Source: Trichoplax sp. H2
Taxonomy: Eukaryota
Reading direction: 5' to 3'
NCBI GenBank assembly: GCA_003344405.1
Contig: NOWV01000023.1
Location: 62,001 to 126,000, forward strand
Length of the DNA stretch: 64,000 nucleotides
Below, one piece after another: positions 14,528 through 26,085 of the stretch (position 1 is the first letter of the stretch; the number at the start of each line of letters is the position of its first letter). The translations under genes and the position numbers were made by a program. Below the pieces are notes generated by a model. That model did not search any database, was not told the origin of the DNA, and saw only the letters and a list, made by a program, of their open reading frames with translations.

Positions 14528-14560
14528 AAGTCATAATTGAACTTAGTAATTCGATTCGAA
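12210..14560. repeat. Degenerate ~140-bp repeat units
   Basis: A recurrent core ttgatcataattgaact...gagaa(t/a)gatcaa...tgaagttaacatc.gcttcaaa...cattagatcaca..ta...ggataat.ttata starts near 12230, 12703, 13481, 13951, 14104 and 14385, with a partial copy near 14530. Confidence 0.7.
12861..14380 (+). mobile_element. LTR-like insertion (~362 bp when 12861-13140 and 14299-14380 are joined), split by gaps and the intervening haplotype contig
   Basis: Begins TGTCACG and ends TGTAACA. TTACA flanks both ends (12856-12860, 14381-14385). The empty site with a single TTACA is at 14104-14108. An internal TATATAAA is followed by AATAAA. Confidence 0.72.
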
Positions 14561-15330
14561 GATAATTTGTAAGTGATAGACACTGATATTAAGGAAGCTG
14601 AATTTGCTATTGAAGAATAAAAGTAGGGAAATCTTTTCCTCTCTTGCAGTAGCATAATTTTATTATATTTACTAGCTATATGATGAGAATTGGACCAATC
14701 GGAACATTTGGATGCAAATGCACGGTAACCATTACAATACAAGGTCAACATAAAATTTTTATTAGCTAGAATATTAATAAGTTGGATAAATAATGGACGA
14801 AACCATGAACGTCGACATAGTATAGCAACTACAGCATTACCTCTCTAAAATTTCGAATATTTTAGATAGACTAAGTATACCAATACTCGGTAAGGTTTTA
14901 CATACTTGAAACATGACGTTAGTAGCATCCGGACAGAAATGTCAATAAAGGTAACCTTTACTGTATTTATCGCATAGGTACTGTTTAATTAATGTACCTA
15001 TGACTGAATATATGACAACCGTCTAGTTGGCAAACTCTTCTATACACATATAAATATTGCTATCGTTAACCAATTTTATGCTATCGGTACCTTAAACCGA
15101 TATAATGTTATAGTTAGATATATTGCATCATACCATTTATATGTACGTGTATATACCTTGCAATTTAACTATATATAAACCAATCTCTTCTATTCTAACA
15201 AATAGTCTTATTCAAATTTCTTAAAGGAATTAAAAAGTACATACACAAGACTTTTATAAATTACTGCAACTTCCCTGCTGCATGGCTTTAAGACAATTTT
15301 AAAGTATTGGCAACAAGTATAAACTATGAT

Positions 15331-18300
15331 TCATGTTGATTCGATGTTTTGATTAATAAAACAATGAAGGTAAGGGTTCGCCACCCTACCAAGAGAGCAG
15401 CAAGCATACCGACGTCGAAGTAAATATTTTCCTATTTAACCAATGATTTTAAAGAAAATATGACATCAATATGCATTCATAAACATCATGAGACTCGAGA
15501 GAACAACACATTGTAATTTACCGGCGAGAAATTGTAAAATTGTAATACTTCATGGCCATTGTGAAAGCAGGTAGGTAACCCGGGGCTACAAGCTGTTGTA
15601 GACGTGTCAAGAAAGGTGATGATTATTAATAAAATAAGTAAGTAAAAGTCAGTATAAAATTAATTCAGGAATTGTACTTAGGTTTCCAAAATTTTCCCAT
15701 TGATTTATGCTTAATGCTTCAAAACCATAATTGAACCACGAGATATACTTGATCCAGACCAAGTATACTGGCTCCGAACTAGCAAAAAATCATATAATAA
15801 AATAAAATGTTAGGTTTAGTTGTAGTTATTTTTTACAGCAGCTTTCGTTTGTAATTACTATCACAAAACAGATGCTCATGCTATACCCGCTTCTCAAAAA
15901 AAATCCGCCAAAGATCATAAGCGGTAGAACAAATAACGGTCCAAGAGCAGTAGCAACTACAATGGAGCTTGACATACTTGAAATCAAGTAGCCTACAATA
16001 AATAGTATCACAGAGTATCATGAGCTTATGTATAAAAAGTAAACTAGTTAGGATAACGGTATAGCGTAAAATTAAAGGCGGTATATCTTACCGTACGAAG
16101 TTGCAACATTTGCAATTAAAACAACAATTCCATAATGTATTAAAAAGTTTACGAATCCAGGATTCAGACCTAGAAAGAAGCGATGATATTTATCGTGCAC
16201 AACGTTACGATCCCAATGTAAGCGAAGAATGTAAAATTACTTATTTATACTGTTTAATTGCACCGCTAATGTAACTCGTTCTTACCAATCATCCAATATG
16301 AAACTACCACAAATAGAAGAGGCAGTAGAAAGAAATATGGCATCTGTAAATTAGATGTTAAAAAGAACGGATATACCAGGTAAAACAACGGAAAGTGAAA
16401 ACTTTTATTGTACTATTTTATTTGCAAAATCAATACCTCCACCATCGTTTTACAAATATAGTAAACATCCGTTCTGTACATTCCATTTCGATGCTCACGA
16501 AGAAACACAGGAAGCTCTAAAGGAAATGTCTGCAGCATAGGCAAATAACGAAATGCAGTATAAATTTCAATCCTTAAGAAACTGTTATTACGGAAGCCAG
16601 ATAACAATACATGTACACTCTACTGTATATCCTAGATGATGTGCATGTAGAACATACTTGTAAAACACTGAATACGTAGCCCATGGAACTATTGGCAACT
16701 ATAAAAAATATTGCTCCTGCAACATTTTGTAAAGCATCTTGATCGTATTTTACTTGAAGATATATCAGACCAGATAGTAGGGCAGTTACCTATTGAAAAT
16801 ATCAATTATTTTGTTATCCTAATAAAGAGATAACCGCACCGATATTGCTTTTATAACAATACAGTATTAGCAGGCTTACTATTGTTTGAAACACTCTAAC
16901 TGAAGTGAGGCTTGGCTCTCTCCATATAGTTATTGCGGACCTCCAAGTTAATGCTTTAAACTGCTGTACCCATGTAGATTTATATCTACCAATAATATTA
17001 TTTCACAGTGATATAATCATCGGCGAATTTATTTAGACAATAACATAAAAGAAACTTACGGAGATTTTCGGACAATTCGAACTTCATCTTCAACCGGGCG
17101 AGATTCCTGTAACATTGATGTCAGCTTGTTATGGAGAATATACTGTACTGTACATTGTATCAGAAACTAATGAATTTTATATCCTATTAATTGTAAGAAT
17201 TTTGAATTATGGAAAATCTTACGCTTGATTCTGGCTTTACAAAAAAATTGGAACTTTCAAAAGCATCACATATAGCCTAGTAACAGAAAAGAGTAAAAAT
17301 CATTTATGGATAATTCTTACGCTTTATGGGATTCATTGAGATTAAAAAATTTACGCCTGTATACAGCAATTTGCTACGAATGCTGAGCTCACAAGCCAAT
17401 ACGATTTAAAGTGCATATGAACTACTGCAATCAGGTGTTAGCTATAGATTATTTAGGAATAAATTTAGAGTGAAATAGGTATTATAGACATGCTCATGTT
17501 GCTATACGACGGAAATATGAAACCAGAGTATCATAGCGATACAACACATTCGCTAAAATATACCGTGTATTAAATTGTAAATCATGCTTGACTTGACTGC
17601 CGCTTTCATTTTACAGATTATAGGAAGTACTGTAGCAAATCATAAATTCAAGTATCGCAAACGAATGATCTTAATAGACAATTTTTTATCATAACAAATT
17701 TTAACGCAAAATATTAGCATCTGCAATAGGCTTTCCCTGAATACGATGCAATGTAATATTTTTGCTATTATTTGCGAAGGAAAAATAGATAACTCGTACA
17801 AGTAAGATTACCTGTACACGTTCGCGGCATTCGTCTGGATTAGATGGAACAATGGCAAGTTGAGAAATAAAATGGTCCGCAGGATTATAATTAAGAGGAC
17901 AGTGATAGCCAAGGCTGTATAATGTCAAGAATAGAATATGTTAATAGTTAATAAAAGACTAATTCTTTAGTAAACAATAAAATTACAAATTGAACATACC
18001 CATTAAAAAATTGGAGTGCATTTTCTCTTGGTCCTAGATAAGCAATCTTCCCTTCTGCCATCAGTAAAATTCTACAACGAATACATACATATATATATAA
18101 ATAAGTATAACGAGTGGATTACAGAAATATAACGTAAGAAAACCCGCAACTATTTAACGTTCTTAAAAAGCTTTAACACGGTCTATATTTAATATAAAAA
18201 AAGTCTTGTCAAACCTATTAAACATAGCATAGACCTCGGACGATGGCTGATGGATCGTGCATAAGATCGTTCTACCATCTAATGCCAGATTTTGCAAGGC

Positions 18301-19833
18301 AGTAACCACACTTACTGCCATAAATGAGTCGAGACCCGATGTTGGTTCATCAACAAAGAATAACTTTGGTTCAGTCAAAAGCTGATAAAAATAAAAGAAT
18401 TTTCCAAATAAGAATCGGAAATGTTTTACAAATACGTGTATCCCATAACGTATTAATAAATAAATAAGTACATATTTTTGGGGTTCTATCAAAAGTGCTG
18501 AAGAACAGTCTGAGAATATTAATGTTTATTTTCGAATAAATCCACGGAACGCACCTCAGATGCAAACATTAGCCTTCTTTTTTCACCACCTGATATCCCT
18601 CTCATCTGACCAGTAATGCCAATAATTGTGTTGGCACACTTTGTTAATCCAAGCTAAATGTTGGCATTAGAATCAAGTTGTATTTTAAAAAGATGCAATA
18701 GACATAGAATAATAATATCGACGACTAGGATAGCCAAACTCTGTTGTTCATAAGAATATCAATATTATCTCACCTGCTTGATTACTTCATCTACTCGCAT
18801 TATACGTTCTTCATACGAGAAATGCTTTTCCATTCGTAGTAATGCCTAAAATTCGATAGCATAGTTAAATACATTATTGAAGCTGTGATTTCAAAAATAA
18901 ATTACGAGCATTGATAGCTTGCATAAAAGGAACTATTAAAGGGACGTACTTGAAATACCAAGTGTTCCCGAACTTTCATTGTTCCGATGAATAACTCTTC
19001 CTGCTGTACATAGGCTGAGATCTTCGCGATATCACGATTCATTGATTTACCGTTAACCGTAATATCACCATGTATTGACAGCGATCCACAATTACGCCTT
19101 GCCAAAACATTCAATAGGGTTGTCTTACCAGCACCACTAGTAGAATTATTTATTTGATTTAAGATTGGAAATGTTAACAACAAAGTTACTACTCTATCTT
19201 GAACATAACCATTCAATTTTTAATTTAAATCTTCCACCATCATTATATCAAAAGTTGGCATACCTTGCACCCATTACTGCGACGAGGGTACCAGGCTTAA
19301 CTTCTCCGTGAACTTGATAAAATATCAAAAATTAAGATTAGTACTTTTAAATGATGTCCATACTCGTTGAAGACTTTATAGCATTAATAGCACGATTAAA
19401 TCCTTCATATCACGTACTGCCTCGAATGATAGACTTGACTTTAGTTTCAGTACTTTCTTTACGAGCACAACATAAGCGCTTGAAAAAACTTTGACCTTTT
19501 GGTTTTACATCAACAGTCAAATTAGACCATTTGATAGTGACTCCTGAGTCACTCTGTAAGCCATCTTTATCGATTGGAATTACAACGTTTGCACCATTGT
19601 TATGTGGGAATTCGTTAGATTTGACAAATTGTTGGTCTTTTTCATCTACGACGTTAAAATATTATCCAAGTGATCAATACCATATATATATATATAGCTG
19701 TTATAGGACGTCTATTGTATGAATGTATAGAGTTGTAACGCATCTAACCCGCATTTGCTTCGGATGCATCAGAAGGTATCAAAATACTCGATTCGTCTTC
19801 CTCTGGCTGCGAATGATGGTCCATTTCCAGCAT
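15331..19833 (-). CDS. white: ABC transporter subfamily G, white-like half transporter, multi-exon
   Basis: Starts [14 protein letters not shown]. Walker [19 protein letters not shown]-loop [12 protein letters not shown], signature [10 protein letters not shown], Walker [12 protein letters not shown] and H-loop CTIHQPSSE are present, plus [10 protein letters not shown] and TM exons ([26 protein letters not shown]). Ends LLIKNIEST*. Confidence 0.93.
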
Positions 19834-20394
19834 CTCACTATTACAAATTTAAGTAATGAAGTCATAAGTAATTCTATAATATGCATATAAATTATGTATC
19901 ATAACTATAGACAATTATTACTGCATAAAGTCATCTATTATTAAAAGTGATCTTTTTCCTTTACTATGCCATCTGTACTGTCTGAGTTTGCCAATTTAGG
20001 CAAGAGCGACTCAAACTTAGAAGAGAATTTCTCCTTCTATTTGAGTAATTGTTGATTTTAAGTGTCAGTAATTCTTTGATATATCACATCTTGATCAACA
20101 TATACTTAATGCACAGTTCGATTTGCACCACTGCAGTGAGTACAACTTAAGTCTGGCTTTTATATGAGTATATCTATGTATTTGTTGATACAGTTGCAAC
20201 ACCCAAAGACGTTTATGCCTTGAGATGTACAGTTATGAATTTTAATTTTAATGCACTATACCTATAGGCTTCACCTCTCCTGACATGTCTGTCTGCTTAA
20301 TTATATAGATATAATTATTATTATTTCATAATTCAAATACTGTAGGACAGTAAAATATGACCGTGGCGTATATTGGTCAAATTTCATGACTAAG

Positions 20395-20770
20395 TAAAAT
20401 GAAATTTTTTAACTATTCATCATATTTCTCATCACGCGTGATTTAAGTTAGTAATGAAATAATAATATAAATATTAATTCTATCGTAGCTATGTAGGTCC
20501 AATTGAACGATTTTAGTTCTGTCGAACATGCAGTTTAGTACAGAGCAAACATTATTCATACTTATAATATACAATATCAAATTGTAATTTTAAAGCACTT
20601 TAATATGAATAATGTTTGCTCTGTACCAAACTGTATGTTCGACAGAACTAAAATCGTTCAACTGGACCGATATCGTTATAATAGGATTAATACTTATTTT
20701 ATTATTTCATTACCGACTTAAATCACGCGTGATGAGAAATATGATAAATAGTTGAAAAGCTTAATTCTAA
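20395..20770. repeat. Long imperfect inverted repeat (foldback): arms ~150-165 bp, spacer ~40 bp
   Basis: 20411-20561 (aactattcatcatatttctcatcacgcgtgatttaag...gtacagagcaaacattattcata) is the reverse complement of ~20603-20752 with scattered, mostly transition, mismatches. Confidence 0.92.
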
Positions 20771-22625
20771 TCGGCCTACTTGAATAAAAACCCCTAATTG
20801 TATTGGATAATCATGCGACATAGACAAGTGTATGTGCAACAATGAATGCACTGCCAATTCACTACTGTATTTGCCCATAATTTGTATTGTATGTCAAATT
20901 TGAGTTCGTAAACAAAATAGGATGCCGCTGTGAAGAGTCTGGATTAGACACAGCCGTTGCCGTTATTCCTTTTTTTCAATTTCAATGGATGTTCACGAAC
21001 ATCAATTACGTTTCTTGGGGTAAATTAATTATCGGAGAATTATTATTTGCGTCCTGACACTGTACCTGGGAATGCTATATGTACGCCCACTATTTATTTA
21101 TACAGTATTACCATTGCTCACCATGAGTTTGTCTAAATTAGAATAACAAACAATATACGTTGTTATAATATACTGTAGGTATAAGTACATTGTACAAAAT
21201 CAAAGTTGGTTTGGTAATTGGAAATCGAAAATAGTGTATACTGTACTCAATTGTAGAATTGCATCTTCTATATTTTATCCGGGCGGATTCAGTCAAGTCA
21301 TTAAAACAAGCCGACCGATCGATGATCAATTATAACTATTATTACCCCTAACTGTTCTACCTTGCCAATCGGTGTACTGGATATTTGAATTTCCTAATTT
21401 AAAACAATTAATTACTGCAGTCATTGAATGCCAGTATGAGTACTCGAGACCGTAATCAAGTCCAGTCCAATTTGTAGTTAAAAATGGTGGATTTGGCCAT
21501 AGAGATAAAGGTCATGACCTCAAAGGCAAGATGAATATACGCGTACGTAGCATTACATTTGGATACGTCGTCTGTCGAAATGAAATCAACAAAATCCAAT
21601 GAATGTCTAAATGTTAATACTGTACAGAGACTACTCGCCTGCAACTATCTTTAGTGCATTAATAAGCTGAGACCTTGCATAACCTGTAGTATCGACATAG
21701 AATAGAGCGCAGTTTGGGTACAAAGTAATCGTCATCACGACTAAGACAATAATATATTCAATAACATTAACTAGAATACATTACAACAATAAATGACCTT
21801 TTGCCATGACGTAGCAGAACCCCATCAAGTTTAAAATCAATTCAATGACCCATAATGGCTACGGCCAAGGGCGACTCAACACTATATCATTACCCACTTA
21901 AAGGTACCTTTAAGATATCTTGAAAGATGTGTTGTTAAATAATCCTTGCTACCGTACATTAACCTTAAAATGCATCCATATATCGTACGATGGGTATTTT
22001 GTATCAACATAGCTAAAGGACATCTCTCTAACCATGATAATTTCTTTTAAGAATGAGATCCCGTTATTTGAATTTGTAATTCTGAAGACAGTGTTCTAGC
22101 GTTGTTTGTTCTTACTATAGTATCATATATCGATGCAATTTGATTTATTGGCAGCTATTGTGTAGTGGTGGTTTGGTGTGCTATCCATTATCCTGAGTTA
22201 AGAATCGAATCGACATTTCGTTATGATATCAAGTTATTTCCCAAACCTTACTATTTGGTTAATATGTAGTATTCAAGTAGTGATCTCGAATGCTCTGTAG
22301 TATATATGTTGACATATACACATTTGGTATGATATTTTCGCGATCAATAAATACAACGTGCTAACCACCCAAAAGATTGGTACTATCAATAATCGTTTGT
22401 CATGAAAGTGTAAGGTCCAGAAGATCGTGCATGCATTGTACAGTATAACACACTCATCGACCATGCATTCATGAATTAAGTTAGTTGAAGTAGAAAAATT
22501 GAATCGTTGACATGTTTTGATTGCAGCAGATTGATGGAATGTAACCGTTTGCTTCTCTACTGTATCATAAGTGAATAATACGAATACCGCTGATTAAGGC
22601 GATATGGAATTTTCTAATAGACGTG

Positions 22626-23470
22626 TTAAGCATTCCATAAGGTAGCAAAATGGTTGATGACTACTGTAAAAAGTAGTGAAAATGTAAACAATCCATCCTT
22701 GATCCACGTTGCCGGCGGACCAGTATTGCAAGCAAGCGTATCTCCATTTCTATTGACTAGTCTCCTCGGATAAATGCGCCCGCCCAAACTTGCAGATATT
22801 TTACGCTGCAAATGATATGACTACTGTACTGTATGTCGTATTGAATTACGGCTCAGTAGGACGAAAAATTTGAGGATAAATCATGTTTCGTTGCTTTCAA
22901 CTGTACAACACCACTGCATAATAATAATTCATGGCCAGAGTGTGAAATGTTTACTTTGATAAGCTCATTCTGAGCAAACTGGTGGAAGATGGCTGAATAG
23001 AATGGTATGTAATTGATTATTTGCATAATCAAAGTAATTACTGTCATCGCTGGCTCCCAAATCCGATGATCAAACATGATGTAAGACCCAGAGAGGATTT
23101 TTGTCAAGTGTAAAATGTTTACTTGGCAATTGAAGCAATCTAGGGTGAACGATGGCATTCAACCTATCCTTGCTAACATAGTCGAGCTGAGAATAGAATG
23201 ATGAGCATAATCAAATCATCGATCAGCGATATTGTAAAGTCGAGATTGAGAATGCACGATCATCTTGTAGATACGCTACTAGAGGCAGAGCTATCTTTTG
23301 CCTGGAATTCATCATCATCGTATCTAACATTGTTGTTTACAGCTGATACAAGTACAATAGGTGACTTTAGTACAACTTTGATGGCCAATGTCTTACCTGG
23401 AATTTTGGGCCGGTAATTTATTATCTTGTGCAGCTATTTTAGCGTCGTCATGATCTTCTCCTCCAGCCAT
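22626..23470 (-). CDS. Candidate unrecognised multi-exon gene or pseudogene (tentative)
   Basis: ATG at 23470 opens MAGGEDHDDAKIAAQDNKLPAQNS and ends at a strong AG|GTAAGA donor. A phase-compatible exon chain can be built (YDDDEFQ with a GC donor; LDYVSKDRLNAIVHPRLLQLP; TIFHQFAQNELIK; RKISASLGGRIYPRR...). No family recognised; 3' end unresolved. Confidence 0.25.
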
Positions 23471-23599
23471 TTTTCTGTGCCTTTTGATGCAGCGTTTTTC
23501 CTGATATTCTTCGTTAATATCGCGAATTTATCGACAGAAAAGTTGCCAGCGCCAAGAGATAATCGTCTTATCTATCGACGCCTACTGTACGTGACTTTA

Positions 23600-25222
23600 A
23601 TATAGGGGTGACGATACAATACAGTACGTGGCGTATTACCATTTCGCCGGCAACCTTGGCGATGGATAATATTGCAAAAGTTGGCTACAATTCAAAGTAC
23701 TGTAAGCCAGTGTACTGTACACTGTACACGTGGACATTTTGGACTACTGTACAGTACAGTGTACACTCAGTGAGTGTACAGTACTGTACTGTACTGTCCA
23801 TTGTCCATCACAAATGCAGTCAATCCAATATACTGTACAGTACGTACTGTACACTGTACAGTATGACCTCGATCGAATGTAACCATTGAACATTTGACCC
23901 TAATCCTGGCTGTGATGTACACTGTACAGTACACTCTTGCAGCCTGTAGTGATGGAGAAGCAAGAAAATTACAGTACTGTACAGTAAGTTCATGTTATCA
24001 TGATAATCTATCTTCGGAGATATCCTTCTACGGGCATATATATAAAAATACTATGCAGGGATTTCAACGGAATACAACTTTGATTTTTGAACGAAGGGAA
24101 GACATGAAAAATAATCAGATTGTACAGTACAGTACTGTAAGCACCGGTTCTGTGCGTTGGCGATACTGTACAGTAATGTACAGTACTGCACTCGCGTCAT
24201 GTACACTGGACAGCAACTCAATCTCCAGAAAAGCAGTTGCTAGGAAACAGCCCCACCGCGCTGCTAGTGGTCTCCCTAATCTTTTACTGTGCGGATAACC
24301 GATGGAATAACCTTCTCTTATTGTTGTGTATATGAAATATATACAGGACTGTGTACAAATGGACATAGTAACTTGAACGTTGAAAATGGCGTCTTTGAAG
24401 ATGGAGTAATGTCAGGCATACAGTAATGTACTTTTGCNNNNNNNNNNNNNNNNNNNNATATAGGGGTGACGATACAATACAGTACGTGGCGCATTACCAT
24501 TTCGCCGGCAACCTTGGCGATGGACAGTATTGCAAAAGTTGGCTACAATTCGAAGTACTGTAAGCCAGTGTACTGTACACTGTACACGTGGACATTTTGG
24601 ACTATACTGTCCATTGTCCATCACAAATGCAGTCAATCCAAGATGCAGTAAGTACTGTACACTGTACAGTATGACCTCGATCGAATATAACCATTGAACA
24701 TTTGACCCTAATCCTGGCTGTGCTGTACACTCTTGCAGCCTGTAGTGATGGAGAAGCAAGAAAACTACAGTACAGTACGTTCATGTTATCATGATAATCT
24801 ATCTTCGGAGATATCCTTCTACGGGCATATATATAAAATACTATGCAGGAATTTCAACGGAATACAACTTTGATTTTTGAACGAAGGGAAGACATGAAAA
24901 ATAATCAGATTGTACAGTACAGTACTGTAAGCACCGGTTCTGTGCGCTGGCGATACTGTACAGTAATGTACTGCACTCGCGTCATGTACACTGGACAGCA
25001 ACTCAATCTCCAGAAAAGCAGTTGCTAGGAAACAGCCCCAGCGCGCTGCTAGTGGTCTCCCTAATCTTTTACTGTGCGGATAACCGATGGAATAACCTTC
25101 TCTTATTGTAGTGTATATGATATATATACAGGGCTGTGTACAAATGGACATAGTAACTTGAACGTTGAAAATGGCGTCTTTGAAGATAGAGTAATGTCAG
25201 GCATACAGTAATGTACTTTTGC
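23600..25222. other. Near-identical duplicated block around a 20-N gap (probable allelic haplotypes)
   Basis: 23600-24437 matches 24458-25222, with the gap at 24438-24457. Differences are SNPs and indels concentrated in TACTGTA/TACAGTA tracts. Confidence 0.88.
24236..24248. promoter_or_regulatory. RFX X-box-like motif GTTGCTAGGAAAC (second copy 25021-25033)
   Basis: Fits the palindromic 13-bp RFX site form GTTGCY-n-RGNAAC and is identical in both duplicated copies. Confidence 0.4.
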
Positions 25223-26085
25223 AGTTAGTCAAACAAGTTATACTGCACATGTAATGGTTCCGTACCAGTACTGTACATCGATCTCTTGCTCTTTTCAGCA
25301 GGCCTTGCGCAACGACTGTGTAGTAGCTGGGAAATTAGCTTTACATGGTGGTCATTGCAATTTCTTCTATTCTGTACATCAAAGTATCAAAGATTGATCT
25401 CCTGTTCTTGCAACTCAATATCCTTAAATTAAGTTAATCGATATTGAAGGGAATAACACTCTTCATCACCGACATACATGCACAACGATTGTACATTGCA
25501 CGTTACGTCAAGAGTAGACAAAAGATCAACAGTCAATTCGGTTCGTTTGTTTATTAACAGTAAACTCATTTCTTATAAAGGTACCATCAATTAGGTTACC
25601 TTAATCCTATCGGTAAAATTAAAAAAAAAATGATTAACTGCAAAGTCTACAATGAAAACGTGATCAATGATAAAAAAGTCAAACTTAAAACTTGAGCACA
25701 AAATGCAGTATACAGTAATCCTGATCAAGGAGCTAAAATAGAACGATGCATCACTGATTGTAATAGGTACATTATACGTAAGATGGCCAATAGTCATCAT
25801 GATCAGCCCATTAAAAAGTGATTGTATCTTCTTTGTAAAATCCTACGAGTTTACAGCACCACTTGGTAAGGGCTTCTTACCATATAGGTAAAGAAACGCG
25901 CGCGCCAGTGTAATCGTTCATCTCAATCAAGGTGCTACGACATCTGACAAATAATACGAGCGTTTCAGCTGCAGTAAGACTACAACATCAGTTAATTTGA
26001 CGTTGCTACAAATCTAAAATTCAATTTAAATTTAAGAAATCGTATTTAAATCTTGTTATCCAGTTGCAAAATGAATCGACCGCAG

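Noticed and set aside
12136..14529. Repeat-encoded protein (ORFs 12136-12330 and 14332-14529)
   Set aside because: Homologous repeat units carry stops and frameshifts; no consistent frame or splice structure.
24385..24408. AAAATGGCG start of a plus-strand gene
   Set aside because: The frame closes after 7 codons, and the spliced continuations I tried hit stops.
23608..25151. Cluster of short Tyr/Cys/Thr/Val-rich ORFs on both strands
   Set aside because: These are translation by-products of the TACTGTA/TACAGT low-complexity motif, and frames are not preserved between the two copies.
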